From Epiperipatus broadwayi (lineage: Eukaryota > Animalia > Onychophora), in contig JAQFVV010000003.1 in NCBI GenBank assembly GCA_028023455.1, positions 14,384,001-14,448,000 on the forward strand: a stretch of DNA of 64,000 nt, written 5' to 3'. Shown piece after piece: positions 39,900 through 53,545 of the stretch. The notes under the pieces were generated by a model. It did no database searches. It was given only the letters and a program-made list of their open reading frames with translations, and was not told the origin of the DNA. A program made the translations under genes and the position numbers. Position 1 is the stretch's first letter. The number at the start of each line of letters is the position of its first letter.

Positions 39900-40500
39900 C
39901 CTGAATTATTAGTCAGTTCAGTTTATCCATAAATTTTATTTACAGTTTTTATTCAATTCATTCTTTTATACTATCCTCAGTTAGTGTCTTCCATTGGAAG
40001 ATTTTTAATCATATGCCTTCATTAGAAGTGCAATTATCTCTTATTACAAATGAATACATAGGAAAAAACTATAGAAGTTTAGAATCAAGTCTTGATATAT
40101 CAGCACAGTTAATAATCTATGCTAAGAGTATTGATTCTTTATCCACCTTGCTTTGTAATTTGCCTCTAGATCCTGGTATTTCATTTGAGAAGACAGAAAC
40201 AGATCACAAATAAGAAAACTATCATTCTTCATTTTGAATTGCATACAAATTGGAGAACTTTTTTATTTAAAATAATTTTTTCTAAGTCTATTCTTAGCTC
40301 TTTCTTGTTTCAGGAATTATGTCTGCTTATCCTTTGGAATTAAAACTAACCTATTAATTTTGGTTTCAGCTTTACTAAAGCCAATTAATTTTGAGTCATC
40401 TTCCAACAATTTTTCAAAGGCCAATTACATTACCTTCAATCATGGATCACTTGTACAATTACTATAATCACCTTTTTTTACAATGATTACTGTATCCTAA
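39900..40500 (-). mobile_element. Very degraded LINE RT relic
   Basis: Minus strand reads VIIVKKGDYSNC...GFSKAE..., matching the layout of RT domains 0-2 (PIYKKGD..DC.NYR, GFR). Confidence 0.35.
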
Positions 40501-41330
40501 TGTCACATAACAAAATTGGTTCTTTTGAGACAGAATAAAAGAACTTCAAGACCAAGAATATTTAATAATGACTTTTGACATATTTTACCAACCTATTAAA
40601 ACTTTTAGAATTCAGAGCAAATTGCCACTCCTAATATATAGCAATCTATATAATTCTGAGAACACTCTGACAGAATGGAAATAAAAATAATAATACTAGG
40701 TGAAAAAAAACTTTCCATCAAATACTTATGCAATCTTACAATTAAATGTATTTAAAATGATTTTTAAGTTTAACCTTGACTACAAAGAAATGTTTAATAG
40801 GTAATCCTATTGATATAAATAGAAGCTGTATGTTTGCTTAAAAATATATATTTATAGTATATAAAAGTTCCCCCACATATTAATACAGTAAAAGATTTCA
40901 TTAAAAAAAAGTGATTATATGACTCTTATCAGGGACTATTTTAGCTTACTCATAGCTGTTTCAGATGTGATAAAAAAAATAATGAAAAGTTATTTCAGAA
41001 TATAAAATTCACTATTATTTTTTTAATATTTAATGTATTCAACTCTTGGAAATGTATTTGTAGTATATTTATGACATCAATTTGTTCATAAAATTGATCT
41101 CAAATTGAATTACATATCACTAATACGCTGATCCTTTTTGCTGTCAGAAAATTCTCATGACATATAGATATCAGTAAAAAGTAGCCATAAGTAGCCCAAA
41201 TATAAAAGTCTTCTACACAAATAATAAAGAATAAAACACCAGATTAAGCAACTATTTGGTGACAAGAGTTTTAGTAATTTCCCTTCCTTGTTTTATATTT
41301 TCTAATAGTAATAATAAAATATTAACTCAC

Positions 41331-41344
41331 CAGAATTTGGATGG
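41331..41344 (-). CDS. Candidate 14-nt micro-exon
   Basis: ACTAATCAATCACTTAG|CCATCCAAATTCTG|GTGAGT: strong donor, branch-like CTAAT, weak pyrimidine tract. Reads AIQIL in phase 1 to 0. Confidence 0.3.
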
Positions 41345-41454
41345 CTAAGTGATTGATTAGTTATGGATAAAACACCTAACAAAAAAAAAACTGGTTTGAA
41401 CAGTTTCCATTCAGATTTTATGCAATTGCATTCGCACACATAATTAAAAATTGT

Positions 41455-41835
41455 TAAACATCTCGATCAAATTATTAATATAGATAGAAAGATAATAGAT
41501 GAAATTAATTATAGAATTAAATTAGAAGGAAGTGCATAGGATAGAAATAATGCTAAAAAAAAGTATGCCTATGTATTTGAAAAGGAAGGATTTTAATGAT
41601 GCTTACATGTGGACCTGAGATTAGTTTTTAATTAAAAAATAGAGAATTTAAACCACACGTATAAGTATAGAAATGTACACTGAAGTAATAAAATGGGACC
41701 AAAAATGGAGTTCATGAATGAGAGACGAACAGGTATCATTGATAGGAGTTTTGAGTTGGACATGTTTTTCTATCAAAAATATGATGAGAATTGAAGACAA
41801 ACTGGATCCAACAGATTATAAAAGTTATTAAAAAA
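41455..41835 (+). mobile_element. Older degraded RTE fragment, tail-to-tail with the next copy
   Basis: LDQIINIDRKIIDEINYRIKL...MPMYLKRK matches the RTE ORF at 19214-20035. Confidence 0.7.
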
Positions 41836-41848
41836 AACCTTGTGCAAT

Positions 41849-43690
41849 ATCATCATCATCATCATCAACCATTATCAATCCACTGCAGGATGAAGATATC
41901 TCCAAGTTCAATCCATCTTCTCCGATCTTTAGTTTCTCTTCTCCACATCACCCCGGCACACTTTCTTATTTCATCCATCCATCTCACATGTGGTCTCTTT
42001 CTGGGTCTTTTACAATCTCTTGGAATCTAGTTTAAGATTTCAATTGTCCATTTATTGTCATCTCTTCTAGCAATATGTCCAGCCCAACTCCATTTCAATC
42101 TTTTAATTGTTTCAATGAGGTCAGGAACATCTGTTTGTTCTCTTACCCATATATTGTGTTTTCAATCTCTTCTTGTTGTTCCCAACATGCATCTCTGCAT
42201 ACTTCTTTGAATGGTCAGAAGTCTCTGTATTGCTCTTCTATTAAGTGTTCAAGTCTCAGATCCATAAGTAAGAACTGGTAAAACACATTTAATAAAAAAC
42301 CTTCCTTTCAAACACATAGGCATATTTCCTTTTAGTATCAAGTTATTTCTACCAAAAGCACTCCAACCAAGTTTAATTCTATGATTAATTTCATTCATTA
42401 TGTTTCCATCTGTATTAATAATCTGACCAAGGTATTTATAGCTGTTACTTCTTCTAACTCATCATAATCAATCTTTATTTTCATATTTTGAGAAAATTCA
42501 TTAAACATTACTTTAGTCTTTTTAACATTTATCTTTAGTCCTACTTTCATCTGATAACTCCTGCAGCATTTCCTGCAGCTCTAAAGCATTATTTGAAAAA
42601 ACAACTATGTCATCTGCAAAATCTAAATGACTTAAATAACCTCTATTTATTTTCACTCCTTTAGCTTCCCATTTTAATCCACGAAATACTTCTTGCAGCA
42701 CTGCTGTAAAAAGTTTTCGGGATATGGAATCACACTGTCTTACATCCTTCTCAATGTTAACTTTCCCAGTATCATTATGTAATCTAATTGTTACTGTTGC
42801 ATTTTTATAAATATTCTTTAAAATATGACAATATCCTGGATCTATACCTTGATGATCCAATGCTTCAATCACTGAAGAAATGTTTATAGAATCAAATGCC
42901 TTTTCATAATCTACAAATCCAAAGCATAATGGCAACTCATATTCATTTGTCCTTTCTATAACTTCCTTCAATATCTGAATATGATCCACTGTACTAAAAC
43001 CACTTTTAAATCCAGCTTGTTCTCTTGGTTGGTGGAAATCCAATGTTCTCTGTAAACGAGTTGTAATTATCTTGGTAAAATTTTTGAATATAACTGATAA
43101 AATGCTGATAGATCTGTAATTTCTAATATCTTCTTTAATCACCTTTTTTAAATATTAATATTAATACTGCATTCTTCCAATCATCTGGTACATCTTTATC
43201 ATTTAGACATTTGGTATACAACTTTGCTAAAAAAATTTCTATTTCTTCACCTGCTTCTTTTAATATATCAATTATAATTCTATTATTACCCGGAGCCATT
43301 CCTTTCTTCATAAATTTAATTGCATGACTCACTATTTCATTTAAAATTCTGGACAATTCAGAAGATACAATAGATATAGGAGGTACTTGTTCTTTATTAC
43401 TATATAATTCTTGATAGAAGTCTTCTGCCCATTTCATGTCATCTCTCTTTTTAGTAATAATTCTATCTTTTTTTCTTATTGGAGATATAAATTTCCTATC
43501 AATACCAAAATGTTGTTTTACATTCTTGAGACTTTTATTCTCTTCTACAGCTTTCGTTGATAATTCACAGTTATACCTTCTTATATCATTTTCAATTCTT
43601 TTCTGCACCATTTTACAAAATTCGAGATATTCAATCCTTTTTAATGCATCATTTTTGTATATCTTCATATTCCTATATTTGTATTTATAC
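41849..43690 (-). mobile_element. 5'-truncated RTE-clade LINE (complete RT domain) with (TGA)n tail
   Basis: ORFs 43135-43770 and 42522-43142: DWKNAVLILIFKKGD, NYRSISILS, EQAGFKSGFSTVDHI, FVDYEKAFDS, LDFADDI. Tail at 41849-41866. Same family as 19196-19994. Confidence 0.95.
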
Positions 43691-43694
43691 AGTA

Positions 43695-43869
43695 GACTAT
43701 TCCCATAATCTAATATAATTGTTGAATGTCTTTCGAAAAATTTAACTCTACTTACATATTCCAAATACATTCAACTGTTAGTAATAGCGCTATAGTATTT
43801 GGAATATTTAAAGAAAGTTAATTTTTTCTAAAAACATTCAATACTTATATTAAAAGATGGAAATAGTCC
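43695..43869. repeat. Foldback element, family C (short-loop hairpin)
   Basis: Arms 43695-43768 / 43796-43869 are inverted. Abuts the truncated 5' end of the RTE. Confidence 0.8.
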
Positions 43870-44029
43870 AATATATAAATACAACTAAAATACCATCATC
43901 TCAAACCTTCAGTAAAACACTTATGCAATATAGATGGATAACAAAGTTATCCTGGAATGATATATAAAAACGAAACTATACACTGGAGAAATTGAATTAG
44001 ACCATTTTGCAGCAAGTATTTATTGATAC

Positions 44030-46290
44030 GCATGCATACATATATATTTGGTAACACTAAGACATTTATTGAATTAATATATGCTCATTAATATATGTAG
44101 ATCCGAATAGGCTTGATGTCATTAATTTCTTAAGAGAAAAAAAAGTCAGATCAGTCAATCGAAATAAAAGCAATCTACTCATCATCATTTAGTTTACGCT
44201 ACTATCTGTTGAAATATAAATTTATTTCAAAGGCATGAGATGAATATCAATTACAATAAACATAACCATGCTATCTAAAATATTAATATTTATTGATATA
44301 TATTTTAATTTTAAAAGAAACACTCCAATAATTTTTAACATTTTGTAAAATGATTACCGATGAAAGACATTAAATTTAATGTTAAATAAAGTCTTAATAG
44401 TTTTGTGCTTTTATAAGTCTGCAAATTAAAAATTCTTTCCCATTACAAAATAAATAGAAGATACTATTATTCTTAATAATTTTTAATACCATAAAAAATA
44501 AAATCTTTTAAAGCAGGTGCTTATTTAAACAAAGAAAAAAATCATTGTAAAATAAATATTACCATTTTTAACCTTTAACAAAAAACAAAACAAAACAATA
44601 ATTTTGCTTATATGACAAGCCCGATTAAAATAAAATGCATTTGCACAAGCAATTTTAAAAACTTACCGGTAATGTAAAATTCACAATCAGCTGGCTTTAT
44701 TTTACAGCCATAACAGATAGAAGCCATATTATAACCAGAACTAAGTAACTGTAAATATTTTTAAGTAAAAAAAAATTAAATCAAAATATTTTGACTACTC
44801 GTATATAAACTATGAAATATAAATTAAAAACGATATTTTTGATAAAAATTTACATTTATTTTACAAGATAATATGTTTTAAAATGTTCAACAAAGTACAG
44901 ATTATATTCTCCTGGTTTGTAAAGCGCCATCTGTTAAATTTGATTGATTGATGATAATTTATGTGAAGAGCAAGAGTCGGCAATTTATTCACGAAAGAAA
45001 ATGCAATGCTTTGTTTTTGTCTGTACATCAAAAAATTAAAAGTAAATAAAAGCTTCTTTTTTTAAAAATTCAAATGTTAAATATTTAGTTTCTACATTTT
45101 TAAAACAATAAATAAATAGTTTAGTTGTTAATTTAAAAATGCCGAAGATATTAATTAATTTATAAATAAATATATATCTGATTGAGTCATTTATACCCCC
45201 CACTCCAATGTCTACAATCATACGTTTGAAATGTAAGAACGTAGATACTTTTTAAAAATAATTAAGTATTAGATTTGATTTATGGTCTAAGCATTTTGAA
45301 ATTTATATTCTGGTAAATTAATATTTGTGATTCATTATCTATTTATTTAAAAAGTACGAACAATATACACTATTGTACTTGTAATATTTCCACAAAATAA
45401 AGTTAAATTAAAATAATTTATTTCATTCTAATTTTGTTTATTATGTTGTAATTTGTATTTCAGAAATTTATATTTTTAATTGAAAATTCTTTGTAAATGT
45501 TTTATCGTTTGCATTTTCTAGCAGACGATATTTTCTATTAGTAATTTTAGAAGTGGTTGCTACTGCATTATTTATAAAATGACTGGGAAAAAAAAAGTAA
45601 GTTTATTTTCACTTTAATCATTTAAGAAAATGTCTTGTAATTTAACTATCAGCCAAAAGACATTAAATAATATTTGATTACACGCAATGAATTTTAAATG
45701 TTAATTTTTAGTACTTTTGTTTTTAATGCGTAAAAGAAAAGGAATCACTTTTTTTTCCTTCACGCAATATATAAGATTGAGATTTTATATATTTAAGGAA
45801 TGAGAAAAAAGATACGCGTACCTATCATCATGAAATATACTGATACAACTTTTTTATTTTTCAGAGACAGAATTATAAACAATTAATAAGGATTATCTGA
45901 CATCGATTATATAAATCTTTACAAAGAAACTTGGACCTGAATTAACTTTAAATGAATCAAGTTGTTAGTACCTGACACTAATACAGAGTAAAATAATATC
46001 GCACTATATATGAGCACTGATCTGTCAAGGGCATCATCTGTGGTTTGCCTTTTTTTTCCAATTCTTTTTTTCATTCAATGTAAAATAAGTACTAGTACGT
46101 ATTAGGAAAAGTAATTAAAGGTAGAACTATAATTTGGTTTGCAAAGAGATTCAAATAAAGTAGGGAATGAATTTTTTTTTTTCATGAAATAATATGTATA
46201 TTATCTAAACACATTAAAAAAAAATGTTATGGCATCACATTTTACATATGAGAAATATTGATCATGACTGCAATCAATAAAAATGCGAGA
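44030..46290. promoter_or_regulatory. CpG-retaining (putatively unmethylated) promoter region
   Basis: About 25 CpGs in ~2.3 kb versus only a handful per several kb in flanking DNA (counted by eye). Contains GCGCCATCT (YY1/Pho-like, ~44925) and the candidate first coding exon. Confidence 0.55.
44667..44727 (-). CDS. Candidate first coding exon of an unrecognised host gene (MASICYGCKIKPADCEFYIT)
   Basis: ATG at 44727, 20 open codons plus 1 nt, and a perfect CCG|GTAAGT donor, inside the CpG-retaining region. Confidence 0.55.
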
Positions 46291-47049
46291 ATGAAGTTGC
46301 TAGAAACAATTATAGTTAAATATAAGAGACTAATGAATATTAAGACTGACTAGCTAAAAACAACAACAACAATATAATAAATTATTATTGAGTCTCTACC
46401 TAAACAATCTTGCTAATTTCACAAGTAGAACATTAATAACAAAGCTCCATTTCAAAGTCAAATATTTTACAATGTGAATGCAGCAGTGTTACAAATAATA
46501 AACTGGATAATGGATTATTGGAAAATTGTTATATGATTAGACAAATAATTATTTACAATTTATTCTTCATTATAATGGTTTAATATTCTACTAGACTCAC
46601 TTTTAATTGTTATAAAATTTTATTTTGTATAGTTTTTGACAAAATAGTGATTTCCATGTTATAGTGATAAAAGTATCACAATCCATCTTTTTTTAATTTT
46701 TTTATCCATTTTGTATATGATAAATAATTAAAGATTACCAAACAATATTTCTAGTAAAAGTATTTGGACTACTTTAATAAGCTATTCACTTAAAATTTCA
46801 TCATTTAAATTTTGACAGGATTGATGTTATACATGATTAAAATAAATATACAGCATGCAGTGCTCTACTCCAAAGTTATTTATATAAGAATAAATATTCA
46901 ATAAATTTTAAATAGATTCAAAATCTTAGAATAAAATTTTCAAGCCATTATTTTCAAGTGAATTGAGCATTATTTGCTCAAATCTGGAAAATAAATCATC
47001 TTTAGAGATAATATTCCATTAGCTTTTCTCTTGTCATTTAAAAGAATGT

Positions 47050-47600
47050 ATCTGATGAATGAAATAGTGACAAAATTACTGGAGAATTATATTGGCTAAA
47101 TAGGTATTTAAAAAGAATGGAAAGTTATTTTATGAATTATTAAAATTGAAATTAAAAGGAAAATCCTAGTAAATATTTTGTTACAAATGTAGCTTTATAT
47201 TGAGCAGAAACTCAAATGATTTGAAAAAGAGTTGTCAAAAAAATTGGAGAATTTTGAATTATGAACTTGAGGATGAATAAAAAATATAAGTTGAAAAGAT
47301 AGGATTGTCAGCATTGAATTGTTGAGAAAACTAAATATAAAGATATTTCTTTTTGAGAAAATTTATGAAAAGGAAGAAAAAAGAATTGAAATTATATTTA
47401 GAATCAGATGAATTATGAAAAATGTATTGAGAAGGTCTGCAGGTGGTAAAAGAAAAATAGATAGGAAAAAAATTGTAATATATTGATTATCAAAATTAAA
47501 AAAAAAAACTGTATCTGAAGGTAAGGGTTATATGTAGAAAGAGTTGAGAAAGATTATGGTGTTTGATATGAAAAGCCTATCCTATTAGATGGATAACTAA
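47050..47600 (+). mobile_element. Old RTE-type LINE 3' relic
   Basis: ALY*AETQMI*KRVVKKLENFEL...ISWKDRIVSIELLRKL...GKRKIDRKK resembles LYGAETW...LEAFEMW...ISWKDRI.N.EVL...GKRKRGRP. Confidence 0.6.
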
Positions 47601-49137
47601 AAATGCTGCTGATAAGTATAATACCAAAATTAAAGATAACAATTGAATAGACATGTGTAAAACATTGTTTTCTATTGATGAAATACAAATAGCCAGAAGA
47701 TATGGGTATTTTTGTTTATTTCTACTGTTTAATATTTCTTTATTACTCATGATTTATGTAGATAGCTGTGTAGTAAAAAGAGATAATATAGATTACTGTT
47801 GTTAAATTTAGATTAAATGTATCCGTGAAAAGTCATTTGATTGGGATATTTTAAAAGAGTCATTGGAAAAGAAGTTTTCTAACTTCAAAGAACCATTTAA
47901 CTAAAGATGGATTAACCTTTTTATTTGATTTTATATAAATTTTATAATCTAAATGACTTTCATTCTGATACAATATTGTACAAACATTTTAATATTCTAT
48001 TATTATTTCATTTTTATACAATATATTTTAAGATTATGTAATTAGCTTATTTTATTTAAGAAAATATTTATAGCTTTATCATTAATGTATACAAATACAG
48101 AATCGAAGTTATCATGTGTGCACTTTTCTTATTTACATTATTACATTCACTTATGATTATTTTTTTAAAATGTATAGAATGAAATTCCAAATTTGGATTC
48201 ATATAATAACCTATCAAGCCTCATTATTTATCCCAAAGTATATATTTTTATAAGCAGCAATATTTTCATTAATAAAATTTAAATATTTAAAATATAAAAT
48301 TGATATTTTTATTGTTAAAGCTTTCTATACCATTTATCAATGCTTTCCTTTTATTGTGTATATGTATATGTGCATGTTATGTTTTTTCTGAAATCTAGAT
48401 AAAGTAACAAAATGCATAATCATCATCGATGAAAGTTGGCCATTATTTGCCAGTCCTTTGATAATTTATTTTATTATGTCAATTTTAGAGCTATGTTATT
48501 AACTCTAATGAATCCTTACATCATTAAAATATATATAGATCTGAATAGTTAACTTTCATATGTTTAATTTTGTCTACAAGATATTTATCATATAATAGGA
48601 TACTTTGTAGAGCCTTCCTATATATTTTATTGTATTGTATATGAATATATCAACAAAATCTACCATAATGCAGTGGTTGATAATTTTATGTAATTTTATA
48701 TCAGCATATATATAAATAGCTCACTGCAAAGCAAATAATTATTTTATAGCTTCTCATAGAAAAACAGTAAATGAGAAGATATTTCTTATCAGGCTTATCA
48801 ATTGCTAAATAATGATGGTTTGATTATTTTCTCAGTCTCATTTTATCTTTTGGTTAAAAATAACTATATATACATTTATTAGTAGTATTAGATAGTTGTT
48901 TTGATATGAGCTGAATTCCTGAAAAGAAAATTAAGTTTTGATTGAAATCAAAAAATATTTTTATGTTTTATTTTGCATTCTTCAAACTGAGATTGTGAGT
49001 ATTTGGAAATTATATATATTTATTTAAAACCTATGTTGCAGTCATGATTTTTGCTATATAGTAGTTTGTTAGGGTATGAAATATTTTATTAAACATTTCA
49101 TAATTTGAAATTATGAAAAATATATGATTACATTTAT

Positions 49138-50065
49138 ATAAGGGACTCCCTCAGCTATTCACTCTATCTGATACAACCAATACACATGACCACACATATG
49201 TGAAAAACATAAATATCAATATATATATTTCATGCTGAACTAGCACTCATCACTCGGTCCAGATCATCATCTCCCACATGCATATATAATCAGTGCTTGG
49301 TTTATATTAAGATAGCAAATCTTTGGACTTTAATGGACAGGCTTTAATCTACTCTACCCTCCAACTCTTCAGCTACCCATATCATTGAAAATTTAATGAT
49401 GGGTTGCCCAAATCTCTTGTTAATGCCAATAATATTATCATGCCCATGTTAAAAGTAAATCTGACCCCTCATGTATAGGATCTTGTCCATTTAAATACAC
49501 AGAAGAGGAATAGGCAGAATACAGACTGAATTTGTAATATTGATTGTATGAAATAGAATGGGCTTGAAAGTCTATGTTCAAATCACCTTATTACATTTAA
49601 ACTCCAATTATATTAATTATTCTTGAATTTAAATATTACAAATTTAGCCTGTATTCTACCCATTCCTCTTCTATGTATTTAAATGGACAAGGTCTTATAC
49701 ATAAGAGTCAGATTGATTTAAATCCAACATGGGCATGATAATAATATTGGCATTAACAAGGGATTTGGGCATTCCATCATCAGATTTGCAATAATATGGA
49801 TAGCTGAAAAGTTGGAATGTAGAGTAGATTGAAGCCTGTCCATTAATGCTTGAAGATTTGCTATCTTAATATAAACTGAGTATTGATTATAGATACGTGT
49901 GGGACATGATTATCTGGACTAAATGAGGAGTGCTGGTTCAGCATGAAATATATACCTTGGAGATCATTTATCTTTTTCACATTGGCATAGTCATGTATAT
50001 TGGTTGTATGAGATAGAATGGAGGAAACTTGAAAAACTATGTTTAAACTCCAAGTATATTAATTA
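49138..50065. mobile_element. Large foldback of hammerhead-bearing family A (~400-bp arms)
   Basis: 49138-49541 is inverted at 49632-50021. The spacer duplicates the element's terminal module. Hammerhead relics at 49216-49259 (-) and 49916-49960 (+). Confidence 0.9.
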
Positions 50066-52659
50066 TTATTGTTTTTTAAAAAAGATTACATTTATGTTTT
50101 TTTCAAATGCACAATGTTTTTAATTAATTTTTAAAGACCTTTTTTAGATTAATATTATTATTATTTTAAATTTTTAAGCTATATACTGTATTTATAATAT
50201 CAACAACTACCGTTTCTCATGAAAACAATGCATCATATGATTCTTCTACTTTACATTCAACATCTGATTTAACAAAAGTATTTCATTTTATTTTACTTAA
50301 TTATAGAGAATTAGAACAATTGATATAAGCACAAATATTCAATGAACTCCAGATAGTAATGTTAAGTGAATTAACAGACTAGTTCTAAGATATTGGTCTT
50401 TGTTGGTAAGAAGCACTGAATGGCACATATTTACTAAGGTTTGATTTCAAAAGCTTAGAGCAATGAAAATTTCAAATAATTAGTTTGAATAATATAAAAA
50501 TATTAAATATGATTTGCATAGATGTGTTCAACCTAATGCTCCTCACACCAAAACTAGCCAGGGATCTTTTACTATTGTTAAAATATTATTCCTTCAAAAT
50601 AGTTTGGTTACTATTTTCAAGCTGTTTCTTAAATCATTTCTTCAATACTTTATATTTCAAAATATAATAGTACTACAATTACACTTGTTTTGTATAAAAT
50701 TATTATTTCCCACATCTGGTTATCTAAACAGTTCAATTTCTAAACTATTCTTAGTGTTAAAGTTTGAATAATACTGCATATATATTGAATAATATGTTTG
50801 ATAATTATCTGTAACCAATCATATCTTGTAAATTTACCACAAACTTTTGTAAACCACTAAACATCACATGATCACTATTGTTGGCACAAGATGGCACTAC
50901 TATATGGAGAGTGTTGTTTTGTTTTGAATTGTTCAAAAACTTTTGTAAACCGTTATAAATCCAGAGTTTTAATCTTATGAAAAATAAGCCCAGGCTACAC
51001 TGCACATATATTTCACATAAAAAAATCTACATTTTCAGATGTGCCTGAAGATTTGAACTTTCTGAACATTTATATAAAATCAACAATCAGAATTTTTTAT
51101 TCAGTTATATGATTGATATTAAACACATATTTTTAAAGCATTTAAAGACACAAGTAGAAATTTCTGACTATTGCTTCTGGTGAAAAATTGATGTAGACAT
51201 TTTTCACAAGACAATAATCCTGAATTTATAAAAGTTTTAAAAAAGTATGTAACTAATCTGGAAGATTTAATTCATTAAGCACACGCACTCACACACATAT
51301 AGTAATGAAATGTGATTTGCTCACATGTTGATATGACCAAATTAAAATGTAACTTTATGTGAAAGAACCATAACTTCACTTTTGGTTAATTAAATTTATT
51401 GTAGTAAAAGATTGAGCGATGATGATAATTTGTCTAATTAAAAGTGTATAAAGAGGAATAAGATTGCATATTTTATGAAGTATTAAAACTTAATGTGATT
51501 GCACTTGCTTGGTTGAGGCATGAAGGAAATTTTATCACATCTCAGTTGATCTCTCTCAGTAAAATATTATTACACATCTCATACCCAAATTGTAAACATA
51601 TAAGACAAACTTTTATTTATTAATAATTAAAATCAAATGAAATATATTTAAAATAATTGTAGGAGGGAATTCTTTCAAGTGTAGTTTAACATTTTAATGT
51701 GCACTCAGTATAGTTATCTGTATAGTGTAATGAACATATTACTATTTACTTTTACTTATCATCATTAATGATAAATAAATGAGATGTTTTATGGGGCACA
51801 AATATCAAAATAACTAAATTCAACAAGTATGCAAAGAAAATAAAATAATCATGCATAAAACAAATTAATTATTTTATTATCAATATATAAAGTATATCCA
51901 AATTCAGTATGACAAAAAATTATAGTAATAAATATGAACAGAGTATATTAAATGAATATATCAGATTACATTTGTTGCCTCAGCTAAAAAAAATTAAATT
52001 CCAAATTTGAGATCTTATGAAATATAAAATGAGACAAATATCATTCCGATATTTATTATGTCTAAAAAAATATATTAATATTCAAATTTCTATTCCAATA
52101 TTTATATTTTTCAAAACAAACAACAAAAAAATTATTCCAAGAAGTAAATATTATTTTCTTGTATTCAAGAGCATACCATAAATAAAACCGCATGTATATA
52201 TGAATGCAGCATGCATTTAGTAAAATTATTTAAGCTAGAACAGACATGCATTTTATTAACTGAAATTCTTTCAGAGTACATACTGGATCTTGTGGCCACC
52301 AATCTTAACAAAAGCTTCTCTATAAAACACTACATGGGATTTTAAAAGGTTTCCTTGCCCACCATTAAAAGCATATGAGATTACAAAATCTAAATGTTAA
52401 AAATATTCAAGTGGTTCAAAAATATATTTAACAAAATATATGCACAACTATATTTGAGATAAGTTTTATAATGTATAATTAGCAAAGTATGCCTAGCATA
52501 CTTTTAACTCATTGATGGTGAGAAGAAGATGGTGATATTTATTAGAGAACAACACACAATAGAGAATTTACATATTTGAATAGTAAATAAGTTATTATAT
52601 TGACAATATTTTTGAAAGAGGGATGTAGGAATCTTTTTTGTTAATTGTGTGTTTATCTC

Positions 52660-52938
52660 TGGTAATGTGCCAGGCCTCTTTCACTTTGCATTTGTTATCA
52701 TTACATTCAAAGCAGATAACATTAGCAGAAGTAGTTTGAAAGATGTGGCCTAGGTTAGATTCATGCTCATAGAAAATTGATTTAGTGTCAGTATGTGCTT
52801 TGGCTCAGCTATATAAATATCGATGTTGGGCAATTTGGGTGGATAGATTGGCACATGATTCCCCATAATAAACCTCATGGCAGTTAGTATAGTGGCATCC
52901 AATTTTGTAAACTATTTCAGACTTCAGCTCTAAGGGTG
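52660..52938 (-). mobile_element. Penelope-like GIY-YIG endonuclease relic
   Basis: SEIVYKIGCHYTNCHEVYYGESCANLSTQIAQH...HESNLGHIF matches the VY.I.C..C...YIGET.R.L..R..EH pattern. Confidence 0.75.
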
Positions 52939-53389
52939 AATTTTATCTCTAATATGGTTGTATATATATTTTGTGTTACATTTTCTGCAAGAAAGCTCAC
53001 TAAATCCTTGAAGGTATATTATATAAATATATATAGATGCATGATAAGTGCTACTAAAAATTCATTTCAACTTTAAAAGATTTTAACAAATAAGTGCTAG
53101 TGTTATAACAAAATCTGACCATAAATGTTCTTAGAGCCTTGCATCATGCCCAGCAAAAACTAAATGCTACAAATGTATTTAGGAGGTGACTTCTCCAAAA
53201 GCAAACACCTTTATCATAAAAATGTGGATTTTGGCTACTGAAATATTAAATTAGCAATTTTATCACATTAAATTAAATACTATAATCAAATAAAATAAGT
53301 AAATATTTTAGAAGATTAATCTCTATACTTCTTATATTAGTAATCATAATTCATTGATATAGTAAAAAGCACATACTCATTATTTAATG

Positions 53390-53545
53390 TAATATTTATT
53401 AAGGCATGCACCTGAAAAAAATGACAGTTGGGGCCTTTGCAAATCTTGTCTTTTAAATAAATCTTGTGTTAAAGATTTGCAGAGGTCCCTACTGGTAATT
53501 TTTTCAGGCGCATATTCTTAAGGTTTTAGCCTTAATAAATATTAT
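53390..53545. repeat. Short hairpin/MITE-like element
   Basis: Inner arms 53406-53447 / 53472-53513 and outer arms ATTTATTAAGGC / GCCTTAATAAAT. Confidence 0.7.
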
